Positions 23,785 to 31,203 of a DNA stretch of 64,000 bases are shown here, in pieces. The DNA lies in the NCBI GenBank assembly GCA_047605445.1, contig JASGFP010000002.1, positions 25,483 to 89,482 on the forward strand. The letters are read 5' to 3'. Within the stretch, counting starts at the first letter, position 1. Every line of letters starts with the position of its first letter. The notes below the pieces were generated by a model. The model had not been told where the DNA came from. It saw nothing but the letters and a program-made list of their open reading frames with translations, and did no database searches. Source of the stretch: Rhodoblastus sp. (lineage in GTDB: Bacteria; Pseudomonadota; Alphaproteobacteria; Rhizobiales; Beijerinckiaceae). Made by a program: the position numbers and the translations under genes.

Positions 23785-25491
23785 ATGACCACCGGCATGC
23801 GCAAGAGCCTCGCCAATTACGGCGACGCGGACTTTTCGCTCTTTCTGCGCAAGGCCTTCATCAAGGCGCTGGGCTATACGGACGAGGCGCTGTCGCGCCC
23901 CATCGTCGGCATCGTCGATACGCATTCCGGCTACAACGCCTGCCACGCCAATGCGCCCGATCTGATCGCGGCGACGAGCCGCGGCGTGATGCTGGCGGGC
24001 GGCATACCCGTACCCTTCCCGGTGATCTCGATCCAGGAGAGCTTTTCCAATCCGACCTCGATGTATCTGCGCAATCTCATGGCGATGGATACGGAAGAGA
24101 TGATCCGCGCGCAGCCGATGGATTCCGTGATCCTGATCGGCGGCTGCGACAAGACCGTGCCCGCGCTGCTGATGGGCGCGGCGAGCGCCGACGTTCCCGC
24201 AATCATGCTCGTCACTGGCCCGATGCTGGCTGGTTCCTTTCGCGGCGAACGTATCGGCGCCTGCACGGACTGCCGGCGCTTCTGGGCGCGTTTTCGCGCG
24301 GGCGAAATCGACGCCGAGACGGTCGAAGCCGCCAACTCGGAACTCGCGCCCACCGTGGGCACATGTTCCGTCATGGGCACGGCGTCGACTATGGCGCTCG
24401 CTGTGGAAGCGCTCGGCATGATGCTGCCGGGCGCGGCGTCTGCGCCTGCCGTCTCCGCCGAGCGGCGCAGGCTTGCGGAACAGACCGGCGCGCGCGCTGT
24501 CGCGATCGCCGCCGAGAAGGTCAAGCCATCGCAGATCATGACGCCGGCCGCCTTCACGAATGCGCTACGGGTGGTGCTCGCGGCCGGCGGGTCGACCAAC
24601 GCCATCATTCATCTGACAGCAATGGCGGGACGACTCGGCATCGGCGTCGATCTGGAGAAATTCGATGCGCTTGGCGGCCAGACGCCCGTGCTCGTCGACA
24701 TGAAGCCGACCGGCGCGCATTACCTCGAAGACCTGCACAAGGCCGGCGGTTGCGCGACGGTGCTGCGCGAAATCCGCGACCAGCTGACGCTCGACTGCAT
24801 GACCATTGCAGGCAGGACGCTCGGCGAGACGATCGACGCTGCGCCGTCATGGCCGCAGGATGTCGTTCGTCCGCGCTCCAATCCCATTCATTCGGGCGGC
24901 AGCATCGCGGTGCTGCGCGGCAATCTGGCGCCGGACGGCGCCATCATCAAACAATCGGCCGCGACCGCCGCGCTGCTGCAGCACGAAGGCCGCGCGTTGG
25001 TGTTCGACTCGCTCGCCGATCTAGCCGCACGGCTCGACGACCCCGCGCTCGACGTGCGCGCCGACGACGTGCTCGTGCTGCGCAACGCCGGACCCAAGGG
25101 CGCGCCGGGCATGCCGGAGGCCGGCTACATTCCGATCCCGAAAAAGCTCGCGAGCGCCGGCGTGAAGGACATGGTGCGCATTTCCGATGCGCGCATGAGC
25201 GGCACGGCCTTCGGCTCGATCGTTCTGCACATCGCGCCGGAATCCGCCGATGGCGGGCCGCTGGCGCTGGTGCAGAACGGCGACCGCATTCGGCTGGATA
25301 CGGCGGGACGGCGGATCGACCTGCTCGTCGGCGACGAGGAACTCGCGACACGTCGCGCGGCGCTGCCGCCGCTGCCGGGCGGCGAGGGCAAGCGCGGCTA
25401 CGAGAAGCTTTACTTCGAGACGGTGACGCAGGCGGGACAGGGCTGCGATTTCGATTTCTGCATTCCCGAGATCGTGCGGACGATTCCGTGA
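23785..25491 (+). CDS. IlvD/Edd-family dehydratase, paralogue 2
   Basis: ORF 23629-25491 with start ATG 23785. Motifs IGGCDKTVPA, CSVMGTASTM and RISDARMSGTAFG. Collinear similarity to the 3444-5177 product. Confidence 0.85.
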   Translation: MTTGMRKSLANYGDADFSLFLRKAFIKALGYTDEALSRPIVGIVDTHSGYNACHANAPDLIAATSRGVMLAGGIPVPFPVISIQESFSNPTSMYLRNLMAMDTEEMIRAQPMDSVILIGGCDKTVPALLMGAASADVPAIMLVTGPMLAGSFRGERIGACTDCRRFWARFRAGEIDAETVEAANSELAPTVGTCSVMGTASTMALAVEALGMMLPGAASAPAVSAERRRLAEQTGARAVAIAAEKVKPSQIMTPAAFTNALRVVLAAGGSTNAIIHLTAMAGRLGIGVDLEKFDALGGQTPVLVDMKPTGAHYLEDLHKAGGCATVLREIRDQLTLDCMTIAGRTLGETIDAAPSWPQDVVRPRSNPIHSGGSIAVLRGNLAPDGAIIKQSAATAALLQHEGRALVFDSLADLAARLDDPALDVRADDVLVLRNAGPKGAPGMPEAGYIPIPKKLASAGVKDMVRISDARMSGTAFGSIVLHIAPESADGGPLALVQNGDRIRLDTAGRRIDLLVGDEELATRRAALPPLPGGEGKRGYEKLYFETVTQAGQGCDFDFCIPEIVRTIP

Positions 25492-25528
25492 TGCTTTCCT
25501 CTCCTGCAAGCAGGAGAAGGAGGGCGCG

Positions 25529-26458
25529 TCACACCGCCGCGCGCTCGTCCACGCGCGCCAAACGCTGCAGCAGGTAATCCACTTCCGCCTTCGCGGTCGC
25601 GGTCAGTCCTGCGCCGGGTTTGCGCTGCGCGTCGTGCGTGAGAATTCCGCGCTTCATCAGAGCATATTTGCGCACGGCCAGCCCTGCGCCCGGCTGCTGC
25701 TCGTAGCGCAGCAGCGGCAGATGCGCGTCGAATAGATCGTGCGCGCGGTCGCGCTCGCCGGCCTTCGAGAAGCGAACGACATCGATCAGCATTTCAGGAA
25801 AGGCGTAGCCGGTATTGGAGCCGTCAGCGCCGCGCTCCATCTCGAAATCGAGGAACAGGCCGCCGTTGGCGACGAGGATCGACAGCGGCTTCAGCGCGCC
25901 TTCCGCCTGCCATTTGCGCAGGGTGGAAATCTTCTCGAGCCCCGGCCAATCCTCCGCCTTGAGCATCACGCAATTGGCGTTGTCGGTCGCGATGCGGCGG
26001 ATGACGCCGGGCGTCATGACGACGCTGGTGATGAGCGGATAGTCCTGCACGACGAAGGGCGCATCCGCTCCGATGGCGTCGGCGGCCTGCGCGTAATAGG
26101 TCACGATCTGGTCGTCGGTGCGCAGGGCGCTCGGCGGCGCAATCATGACGCCGGCCGCGCCCGCCTCCATCGCCTCGCGGGCGAGCGCGCGCATGGCGGC
26201 GAAGCCCGGCGCGGAGACGCCGACGACGATCGGCTTGCCGGCCATGATCGCGACCGCACGCTTGACGATGGCAAGCGATTCCTGCGGCTCGAGCTTCGGC
26301 GCCTCGCCCATGATGCCGAGCACGGTGACGCCATCGGAGCCGATGCGCGCATAGAAGTCGAAGAGGCGGTCGACGCTCGCCCAGTCGATCGCGCCGTCAG
26401 GCGAAAACGGAGTCGGGGCGATGGGGAAGACGCCTGATGCGGCGGGCGTAAGTCTCAT
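25529..26458 (-). CDS. DapA/DHDPS-family class I aldolase or 2-keto-3-deoxy-sugar-acid dehydratase
   Basis: 309 aa beginning MRLTPAASGVFPIAPTPFSPDGAIDW, with GVTVLGIMGE and VMLKAED (Schiff-base Lys region). The start overlaps the upstream stop (ATGA). The longer ORF 25529-27334 is an out-of-frame read-through artefact. Confidence 0.8.
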   Translation of the reverse strand: MRLTPAASGVFPIAPTPFSPDGAIDWASVDRLFDFYARIGSDGVTVLGIMGEAPKLEPQESLAIVKRAVAIMAGKPIVVGVSAPGFAAMRALAREAMEAGAAGVMIAPPSALRTDDQIVTYYAQAADAIGADAPFVVQDYPLITSVVMTPGVIRRIATDNANCVMLKAEDWPGLEKISTLRKWQAEGALKPLSILVANGGLFLDFEMERGADGSNTGYAFPEMLIDVVRFSKAGERDRAHDLFDAHLPLLRYEQQPGAGLAVRKYALMKRGILTHDAQRKPGAGLTATAKAEVDYLLQRLARVDERAAV

Positions 26459-27156
26459 TTCTTCTTCCACGCCTCGTAGCGCGCCTTGGTCGCTTCGTTC
26501 ATCGGATAAAGACCCGGCAGTTTCTCGCCGCGGCCGACCTCCTCCATGATCCAGCCTTCCATCCGCTCCTGCTCCGGCGCGGTGGCCAGCACATGGTCGA
26601 GCACGGCTTGCGGGATCAACACGCAGCCGTCGTCGTCGGCGACGATCACGTCGTCGGGGAAGACCGCAACGCCGCCACAGCCGATCGGCTCCGCCCAGTT
26701 CACGAATGTCAGGCCCGTCACCGAGGACGGGGCGGCCACGCCCGCGCACCAGATCGGCAGGTTGGTGGACAGAACGCCGGCGAGATCGCGGACGACGCCG
26801 TCCGTCACCATGGCGGTCACGTTCCGCTTGGCCATACGGGCGCAGAGAATATCGCCGAAGACGCCGGCGTCCTGCACGCCCATGGCGTCGATGACCGTAA
26901 TCACGCCCTCTGGCATCGCCTCGATGGCGGAGCGGGTCGAAATCGGATTGCCCCAGGATTCGGGCGTCGCCAGATCCTCGCGAGCCGGGACGAAGCGCAG
27001 GGTGAAGGCCGGCCCGACGAGGCGCGGCTGCCCCGTCCGGATCGGCTTTGCGCCGCGAATCCAGACGTTGCGCAGGCCCTTTTTCAGCAGGACCGTCGTG
27101 ATCGTGGCAGTCGAAACGGTCTTCAACGTGGCGATTGCCTGGGCGTCGAGCGACAT
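26455..27156 (-). CDS. RraA-family protein (HMG/CHA aldolase / oxaloacetate decarboxylase-like)
   Basis: 233 aa. Begins TATITTVLLKKGLRNVWI, then VGPAFTLRFVP and FGDILCARM, resembling the RraA/demethylmenaquinone methyltransferase-like family. Confidence 0.75.
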   Translation of the reverse strand: MSLDAQAIATLKTVSTATITTVLLKKGLRNVWIRGAKPIRTGQPRLVGPAFTLRFVPAREDLATPESWGNPISTRSAIEAMPEGVITVIDAMGVQDAGVFGDILCARMAKRNVTAMVTDGVVRDLAGVLSTNLPIWCAGVAAPSSVTGLTFVNWAEPIGCGGVAVFPDDVIVADDDGCVLIPQAVLDHVLATAPEQERMEGWIMEEVGRGEKLPGLYPMNEATKARYEAWKKK

Positions 27157-27348
27157 GGGGGCTCCTTGCGGTCTCGGTCAAAGCCGACGTAGCATGCCAG
27201 CGCGCAGGACAAAACAGCAGCGGACACATGCCGGAATTGCAAAGCATTTTTGCACCGCAAAGGGTTGCGGTGGGGCGAGCGCTCTGGCATTGAACGCGCG
27301 CGCCTTTCGCGCCCGCATCCCTCAGCCAAAACATTCAGCAAAGGCCCA

Positions 27349-27792
27349 ATGCGCTCTTTCAACGGATCACGCTTTCAGGATCGCCAGACCGCCGCCGCAG
27401 ACGCCCGTAAGGCTCTCATCGACAAGTTCCAGAACCGCCCCGGCGCAGACGACCCGGCGGTTCAGGCGCGCGCCGCCGAGCGGCAGGCCATTGTCGAGGC
27501 CCGCAAAATCCGCGAAGCCGAAAAGGCCGAACGCAGGGCCAAGGAAGAAGCCGAGCGCGCCGTCCAGCGCGCCCGCGAGGAGGCAGAGCGCCTGGCCCGC
27601 GAGGCCGAGGAGGCCCGCCTGCGCGAACAGGAGCGGGTGCGCCTCGAGGCCGAAGAAGCCAAGAAGCGCGAGGAAGACGCCCAGCTCAAGGCGATGATGG
27701 AGGCCGAGAAGAAGGCCGAGCGCGACGCCCGATACGCCGCCCGCAAGGCCCGCAAGGCCGAGCGCCGGACCATGCTCGAGCGCATGTGGTAA
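27349..27792 (+). CDS. conserved highly charged coiled-coil protein (DUF6481-like, from memory)
   Basis: 147 aa beginning MRSFNGSRFQDRQTAAADARKALIDKF, followed by a long E/R/A/K-rich helix. GC3-rich frame, and a terminator follows. Confidence 0.6.
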   Translation: MRSFNGSRFQDRQTAAADARKALIDKFQNRPGADDPAVQARAAERQAIVEARKIREAEKAERRAKEEAERAVQRAREEAERLAREAEEARLREQERVRLEAEEAKKREEDAQLKAMMEAEKKAERDARYAARKARKAERRTMLERMW

Positions 27793-27815
27793 GCGGCTTT
27801 ACGCCGCTTTTGCTT
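27792..27815 (+). terminator. rho-independent terminator
   Basis: AGCGGC-TTTAC-GCCGCT stem-loop (27792-27808) followed by TTTGCTTCTT, immediately after the stop at 27790-27792. Confidence 0.55.
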
Positions 27816-27993
27816 CTTGCCCGATTTTCTGCGGCTCGCGGTTCGTCTCCGCGAGCTTTTCGCGCAGGAGCGCGACGTTGCAGTCGGGCGCATGCGCCGC
27901 ATTCCAGGCGACAGCGTCCAGACGCGGACGGGCCGGCGGGTGCGACAGGGCGTCTGGCGTACGGCGGTTCTGATGCAATTCGGGCCGGATCAT
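27799..27993 (-). CDS. small hypothetical protein (64 aa)
   Basis: GGAGG lies 8 nt upstream of ATG 27993. G/C third-position bias holds throughout (MIRPELHQNRRTPDALSHPP...). No recognisable motif. Confidence 0.45.
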   Translation of the reverse strand: MIRPELHQNRRTPDALSHPPARPRLDAVAWNAAHAPDCNVALLREKLAETNREPQKIGQEAKAA

Positions 27994-28218
27994 CGCAAAG
28001 TCCTCCAACCGGCGCATGAAAGCGCGCCTGGACGGACCGCGAGGTTAAAATCGCAAGCTCGCGCCGGGCTTTGGCCATTCGCGATGAACGGCGCGCTGCG
28101 CAAATAGCTGCAATTCGATCGATCGGCTTGCCCGCGCGCGCGACGACGTTGATCCTGCGCAACGCGGGGGCGCTGCGACGCGCCTATGCAAAGGGCGGAT
28201 TGACCGAGGAGAATTGCC

Positions 28219-29040
28219 GTGAAGGACATCATGGTCGTCATGGAGCGCGCGGCGGACGCCGAGGCGCTTGCGACATTCACACACAGCCTGACGGAAGCGA
28301 TGGACTCCCATGCGACCGTCGTCGGCGTCATCCAGCAATTGCCGCCGGCGCCCGCCTTCATGGGCGAATTCCCGTATGAGCTGGTGCAAAGCGCGCTGGA
28401 AGCAGGCAACCGTGAAATCTCGGAGGGGTATGCACGCTTCGAGAAGGCGGCCACCCGGCCCGGCGCGTGCGAGCTCGCCAAGATCGAGCCCGCCCCCGGC
28501 AATGCGCCGAGCGCCGTCGCCCGCCTCGCCCGCAATTTCGATCTCACGATCGGCGTGCAGCCGTCCGGCGCCGACCAGAGCGCCAGCAGCGCGCTTCTCG
28601 AAGGCGTTCTCTTCCACTCGGGCCGTCCGCTGCTGATCCTGCCCTATATCCACCGCGGTCCGGCGAAACTCGGCCGCGTGATCGTCGCCTGGGACGGCGG
28701 CGCGACCGCCGCGCGCGCAGTGTCCTGCGCCATGCCGCTGCTCAAGCGCGCGGGACGGGTCGAGATCGTGACCATGGTCAACGGCAAACGCTCGACCAGC
28801 GACCTGCCGGGGTTCGACATCACCCGCAATCTCGCGCGCCACGGCATCAACGCCGAATTGAAGACCCTGCCGAAGGGCGACGACGTCGGTTCGCTGATTC
28901 TGTCCTACGCGGCGGACGAGAACGCCGACATGCTCGTCATGGGCGGCTACGGCCATTCGCGCCTGCGCGAATTCGTGCTGGGCGGCGCGACACGCACCAT
29001 TCTCGGCTCGATGACGCTGCCGGTGTTCATGGCGCACTAA
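28219..29040 (+). CDS. universal stress protein (tandem UspA domains)
   Basis: 273 aa, GTG start. The C-terminal motif DMLVMGGYGHSRLREFVLGGATR is the Usp ATP-binding signature. Confidence 0.8.
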   Translation: MKDIMVVMERAADAEALATFTHSLTEAMDSHATVVGVIQQLPPAPAFMGEFPYELVQSALEAGNREISEGYARFEKAATRPGACELAKIEPAPGNAPSAVARLARNFDLTIGVQPSGADQSASSALLEGVLFHSGRPLLILPYIHRGPAKLGRVIVAWDGGATAARAVSCAMPLLKRAGRVEIVTMVNGKRSTSDLPGFDITRNLARHGINAELKTLPKGDDVGSLILSYAADENADMLVMGGYGHSRLREFVLGGATRTILGSMTLPVFMAH

Positions 29041-29046
29041 AGCATA

Positions 29047-29146
29047 GCGCTGTCATCCCGGACGGCCGCAGGCCAATACGGGATGACAGCGCGTGACATG
29101 CTGGTCTGTATCCCGGCTCTCCGTTTCGCTACGGTCGGGATGACAG
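29047..29146. repeat. REP-like tandem palindromes (GCGCTGTCATCCCG family)
   Basis: Perfect 14-bp inverted repeat GCGCTGTCATCCCG (29047-29060) / CGGGATGACAGCGC (29079-29092). A second, imperfect pair is CTGTATCCCGG (29106-29116) / CGGGATGACAG (29136-29146). The element sits between convergent genes. Confidence 0.7.
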
Positions 29147-29152
29147 TTCAGG

Positions 29153-29944
29153 CTACGACTCGAAAACATCCCCGCCGTAATCCGCCTCGAGCGGAATCTT
29201 CAGCTTCACGCCCTTGTCGTCGCGGCGAAGCACTTCCGGTTGCACAGTAACTATTTTCCGCGTGCGCGCCGCTTCGATGGCCGACGCTGCCTCGTTCTGG
29301 CGGCCGAGCATTTCGACGTTCAGCCGCGTGGCGAAGATGATCGTGTATTTGCCTGTCTTCGCGTCCGCCAGCGCGCGGGCGGGATTGATCCAGATGGAAT
29401 CGACGGATTCCGATCCGTCATGCACGGCAAGCTGGTCTTCCGGCGCGGCCGCGATGAAGAAATGCGTGTCGAAGCGCTTGGGCAGCGGTGTCGGCGTAAT
29501 CCAGTGCGCAAACGGCGTCAGCTGGTCGAGCGCCAGCTCCAGATTCTCGGCGGCGATCAGTTCGCCGAATGTCTTGCCCTTGGCGTTCTGCGTGATCTCC
29601 GCGACGCGCGCGCCGGAGACGAGCGCGCTCGAGCCGCGCGGGCGCGCGAGCAGGACGCCGCATTCCTCGAAGGTCTCGCGCACGGCGGCGACGCGAAAGG
29701 CGCGCGCCTTGTCGTCGAGCCCGTGGTCGCCGCCGCAGCAGGCGTGATCGGCGGCGATCGAAAAATCCTCCTTGTCGATGCTGCCGCCCGGAAAGACGAG
29801 CGCGCCGGAGGCGAAGTCGATCTGGTGGTGGCGTACGACCATGAACACTTCCATGCCATCTGCGCTGTCGCGCACCAGCAGCACGGTCGATGCGAGGCGC
29901 GGCGTCGCGACTTCCTTCGACGACGACGGTTCCATTGCAAGCAT
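29153..29944 (-). CDS. NUDIX hydrolase
   Basis: Nudix box GGSIDKEDF...AAVRETFEECGVLLA. Start taken at ATG 29944 (MLAMEPSS); ATG 29935 is an alternative. Confidence 0.8.
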   Translation of the reverse strand: MLAMEPSSSKEVATPRLASTVLLVRDSADGMEVFMVVRHHQIDFASGALVFPGGSIDKEDFSIAADHACCGGDHGLDDKARAFRVAAVRETFEECGVLLARPRGSSALVSGARVAEITQNAKGKTFGELIAAENLELALDQLTPFAHWITPTPLPKRFDTHFFIAAAPEDQLAVHDGSESVDSIWINPARALADAKTGKYTIIFATRLNVEMLGRQNEAASAIEAARTRKIVTVQPEVLRRDDKGVKLKIPLEADYGGDVFES

Positions 29945-29964
29945 TGCCAAACTCCCTGACGCCT

Positions 29965-30975
29965 TCAGGCGACCTGCGTGATCGTATTGCGGATGATTCC
30001 GATGCCCTCGATCTCCGTCTCCATGACGTCGCCGGGCTTGAGATATTCCGGGGGCTTGCGCGCATTGCCGACGCCGGGCGGCGTGCCGGTCGCAATGACA
30101 TCGCCGGGCTCGAGCGTGAGACCGAGCGACAGTTCGGCGATGATACGCGGGATCTTGAAATACATTTGCGTTGTCTTCGCGTCCTGCTTCACCACGCCGT
30201 TCACGCGCGTCTGCAGATGAAGCTTGTCGGGATCGAGCGCGTCTGCGGTGACGATCCACGGGCCCATCGGGCCGTGGCCATCAAGGCTCTTGCCCTTGAA
30301 CCATTGGCCGCCGTGCTTCTTGGCCTGCACGTCGCGCGCGGTCGTGTCGTTCATGACCGAATAGCCGAACACGTGGTTCATCGCCTCGGCTTCCTTGATG
30401 TTGCGGCCGCCCTTGCCGATGACGACCGCCAGTTCGCCCTCCCAGTCGATCAGCGTCGACACCGCGGGATCGAAGGGAATGGGATCGAACGGCCCGTTCA
30501 TCGAATGCGAGGCCTTGGAGAAGAAGACGGGATGTTCGGGATAGTTTTGCTGCGCGGTCTTCTGCGCCGTCTCGCTCTCGTTGAAGTGTTCGAGATAATT
30601 CCAGCCGACCGCGAAAATGTTGCGCGGCGGACGCGGGATGGGCGAATGCAGGCTGACATCGGCGAGCGCCAGCGTCGCGCCGGGCTTGGCGGCGACGGCG
30701 CGGACCTGGGCAAGCGCAGGAGCGCCGGCGGCGATCAGCGCGATCATGCTCGAGGGATCGAAGTCGAGCGCGACGCCCGCCTTCTTCGCATCGACGAGAT
30801 CGACGACCTTTTCGCCAGCGATGACGACGCCCGCGCGCATGCCCGGCTGCCCCTTGCGCTCGAAACTGACGAGCCGCAAACCGCCCTCGCCCGCCGCTTG
30901 CGCGGATTTGACCCCGGCGGCCACAGCCGCGCCGGCGGTCGCGAGCATGAACGCCCGCCGCGATGTCTCAACCAT
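29965..30975 (-). CDS. fumarylacetoacetate hydrolase (FAH) family protein with Tat-type signal peptide
   Basis: 336 aa. The N-terminus MVETSRRAFMLATAGAAVAAGVKSAQAAG carries a twin-arginine motif. The FAH core includes DWEGELAVVIGKGG and TGTPPGVG. Confidence 0.8.
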   Translation of the reverse strand: MVETSRRAFMLATAGAAVAAGVKSAQAAGEGGLRLVSFERKGQPGMRAGVVIAGEKVVDLVDAKKAGVALDFDPSSMIALIAAGAPALAQVRAVAAKPGATLALADVSLHSPIPRPPRNIFAVGWNYLEHFNESETAQKTAQQNYPEHPVFFSKASHSMNGPFDPIPFDPAVSTLIDWEGELAVVIGKGGRNIKEAEAMNHVFGYSVMNDTTARDVQAKKHGGQWFKGKSLDGHGPMGPWIVTADALDPDKLHLQTRVNGVVKQDAKTTQMYFKIPRIIAELSLGLTLEPGDVIATGTPPGVGNARKPPEYLKPGDVMETEIEGIGIIRNTITQVA

Positions 30976-30994
30976 GTTTCCTCCGAAGCTTTTA

Positions 30995-31110
30995 TTACTT
31001 GGAATCGCTGCAGGCGCTCAGGCCCGGCAGGTTGAATTTCACCGGATCGCCGCAGCGGTCGCAGCCGCCCGTCGTCAGGGCCAAAGCCAGCGCCGCGGCA
31101 ATGAACAGAA
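30995..31110 (-). CDS. possible 38-aa Cys-rich mini-lipoprotein
   Basis: TTG start after GGGGAGCAGGGG. Product is LRAFLFIAAALALALTTGGCDRCGDPVKFNLPGLSACSDSK, a signal-like helix followed by a loose lipobox. The frame is GC3-rich. Start and reality are uncertain. Confidence 0.35.
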
Positions 31111-31203
31111 ACGCACGCAACCCCTGCTCCCCAACTCCAGCGGGCCGTTCCGCCGGCCCGTCGCGCCATTTTCGGACGCGCCCGGCGTCGGCGCAACCCC
31201 GGC

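Noticed and set aside
25529-27334. 601-aa ORF that would fuse the DapA-like gene to sequence overlapping the RraA-like gene.
   Set aside because: Only the C-terminal 309 aa (from ATG 26458) resemble a DapA-family protein. The upstream part is an Arg/Gly-rich shadow of the RraA-like gene, which is read in another frame and ends in an ATGA overlap.
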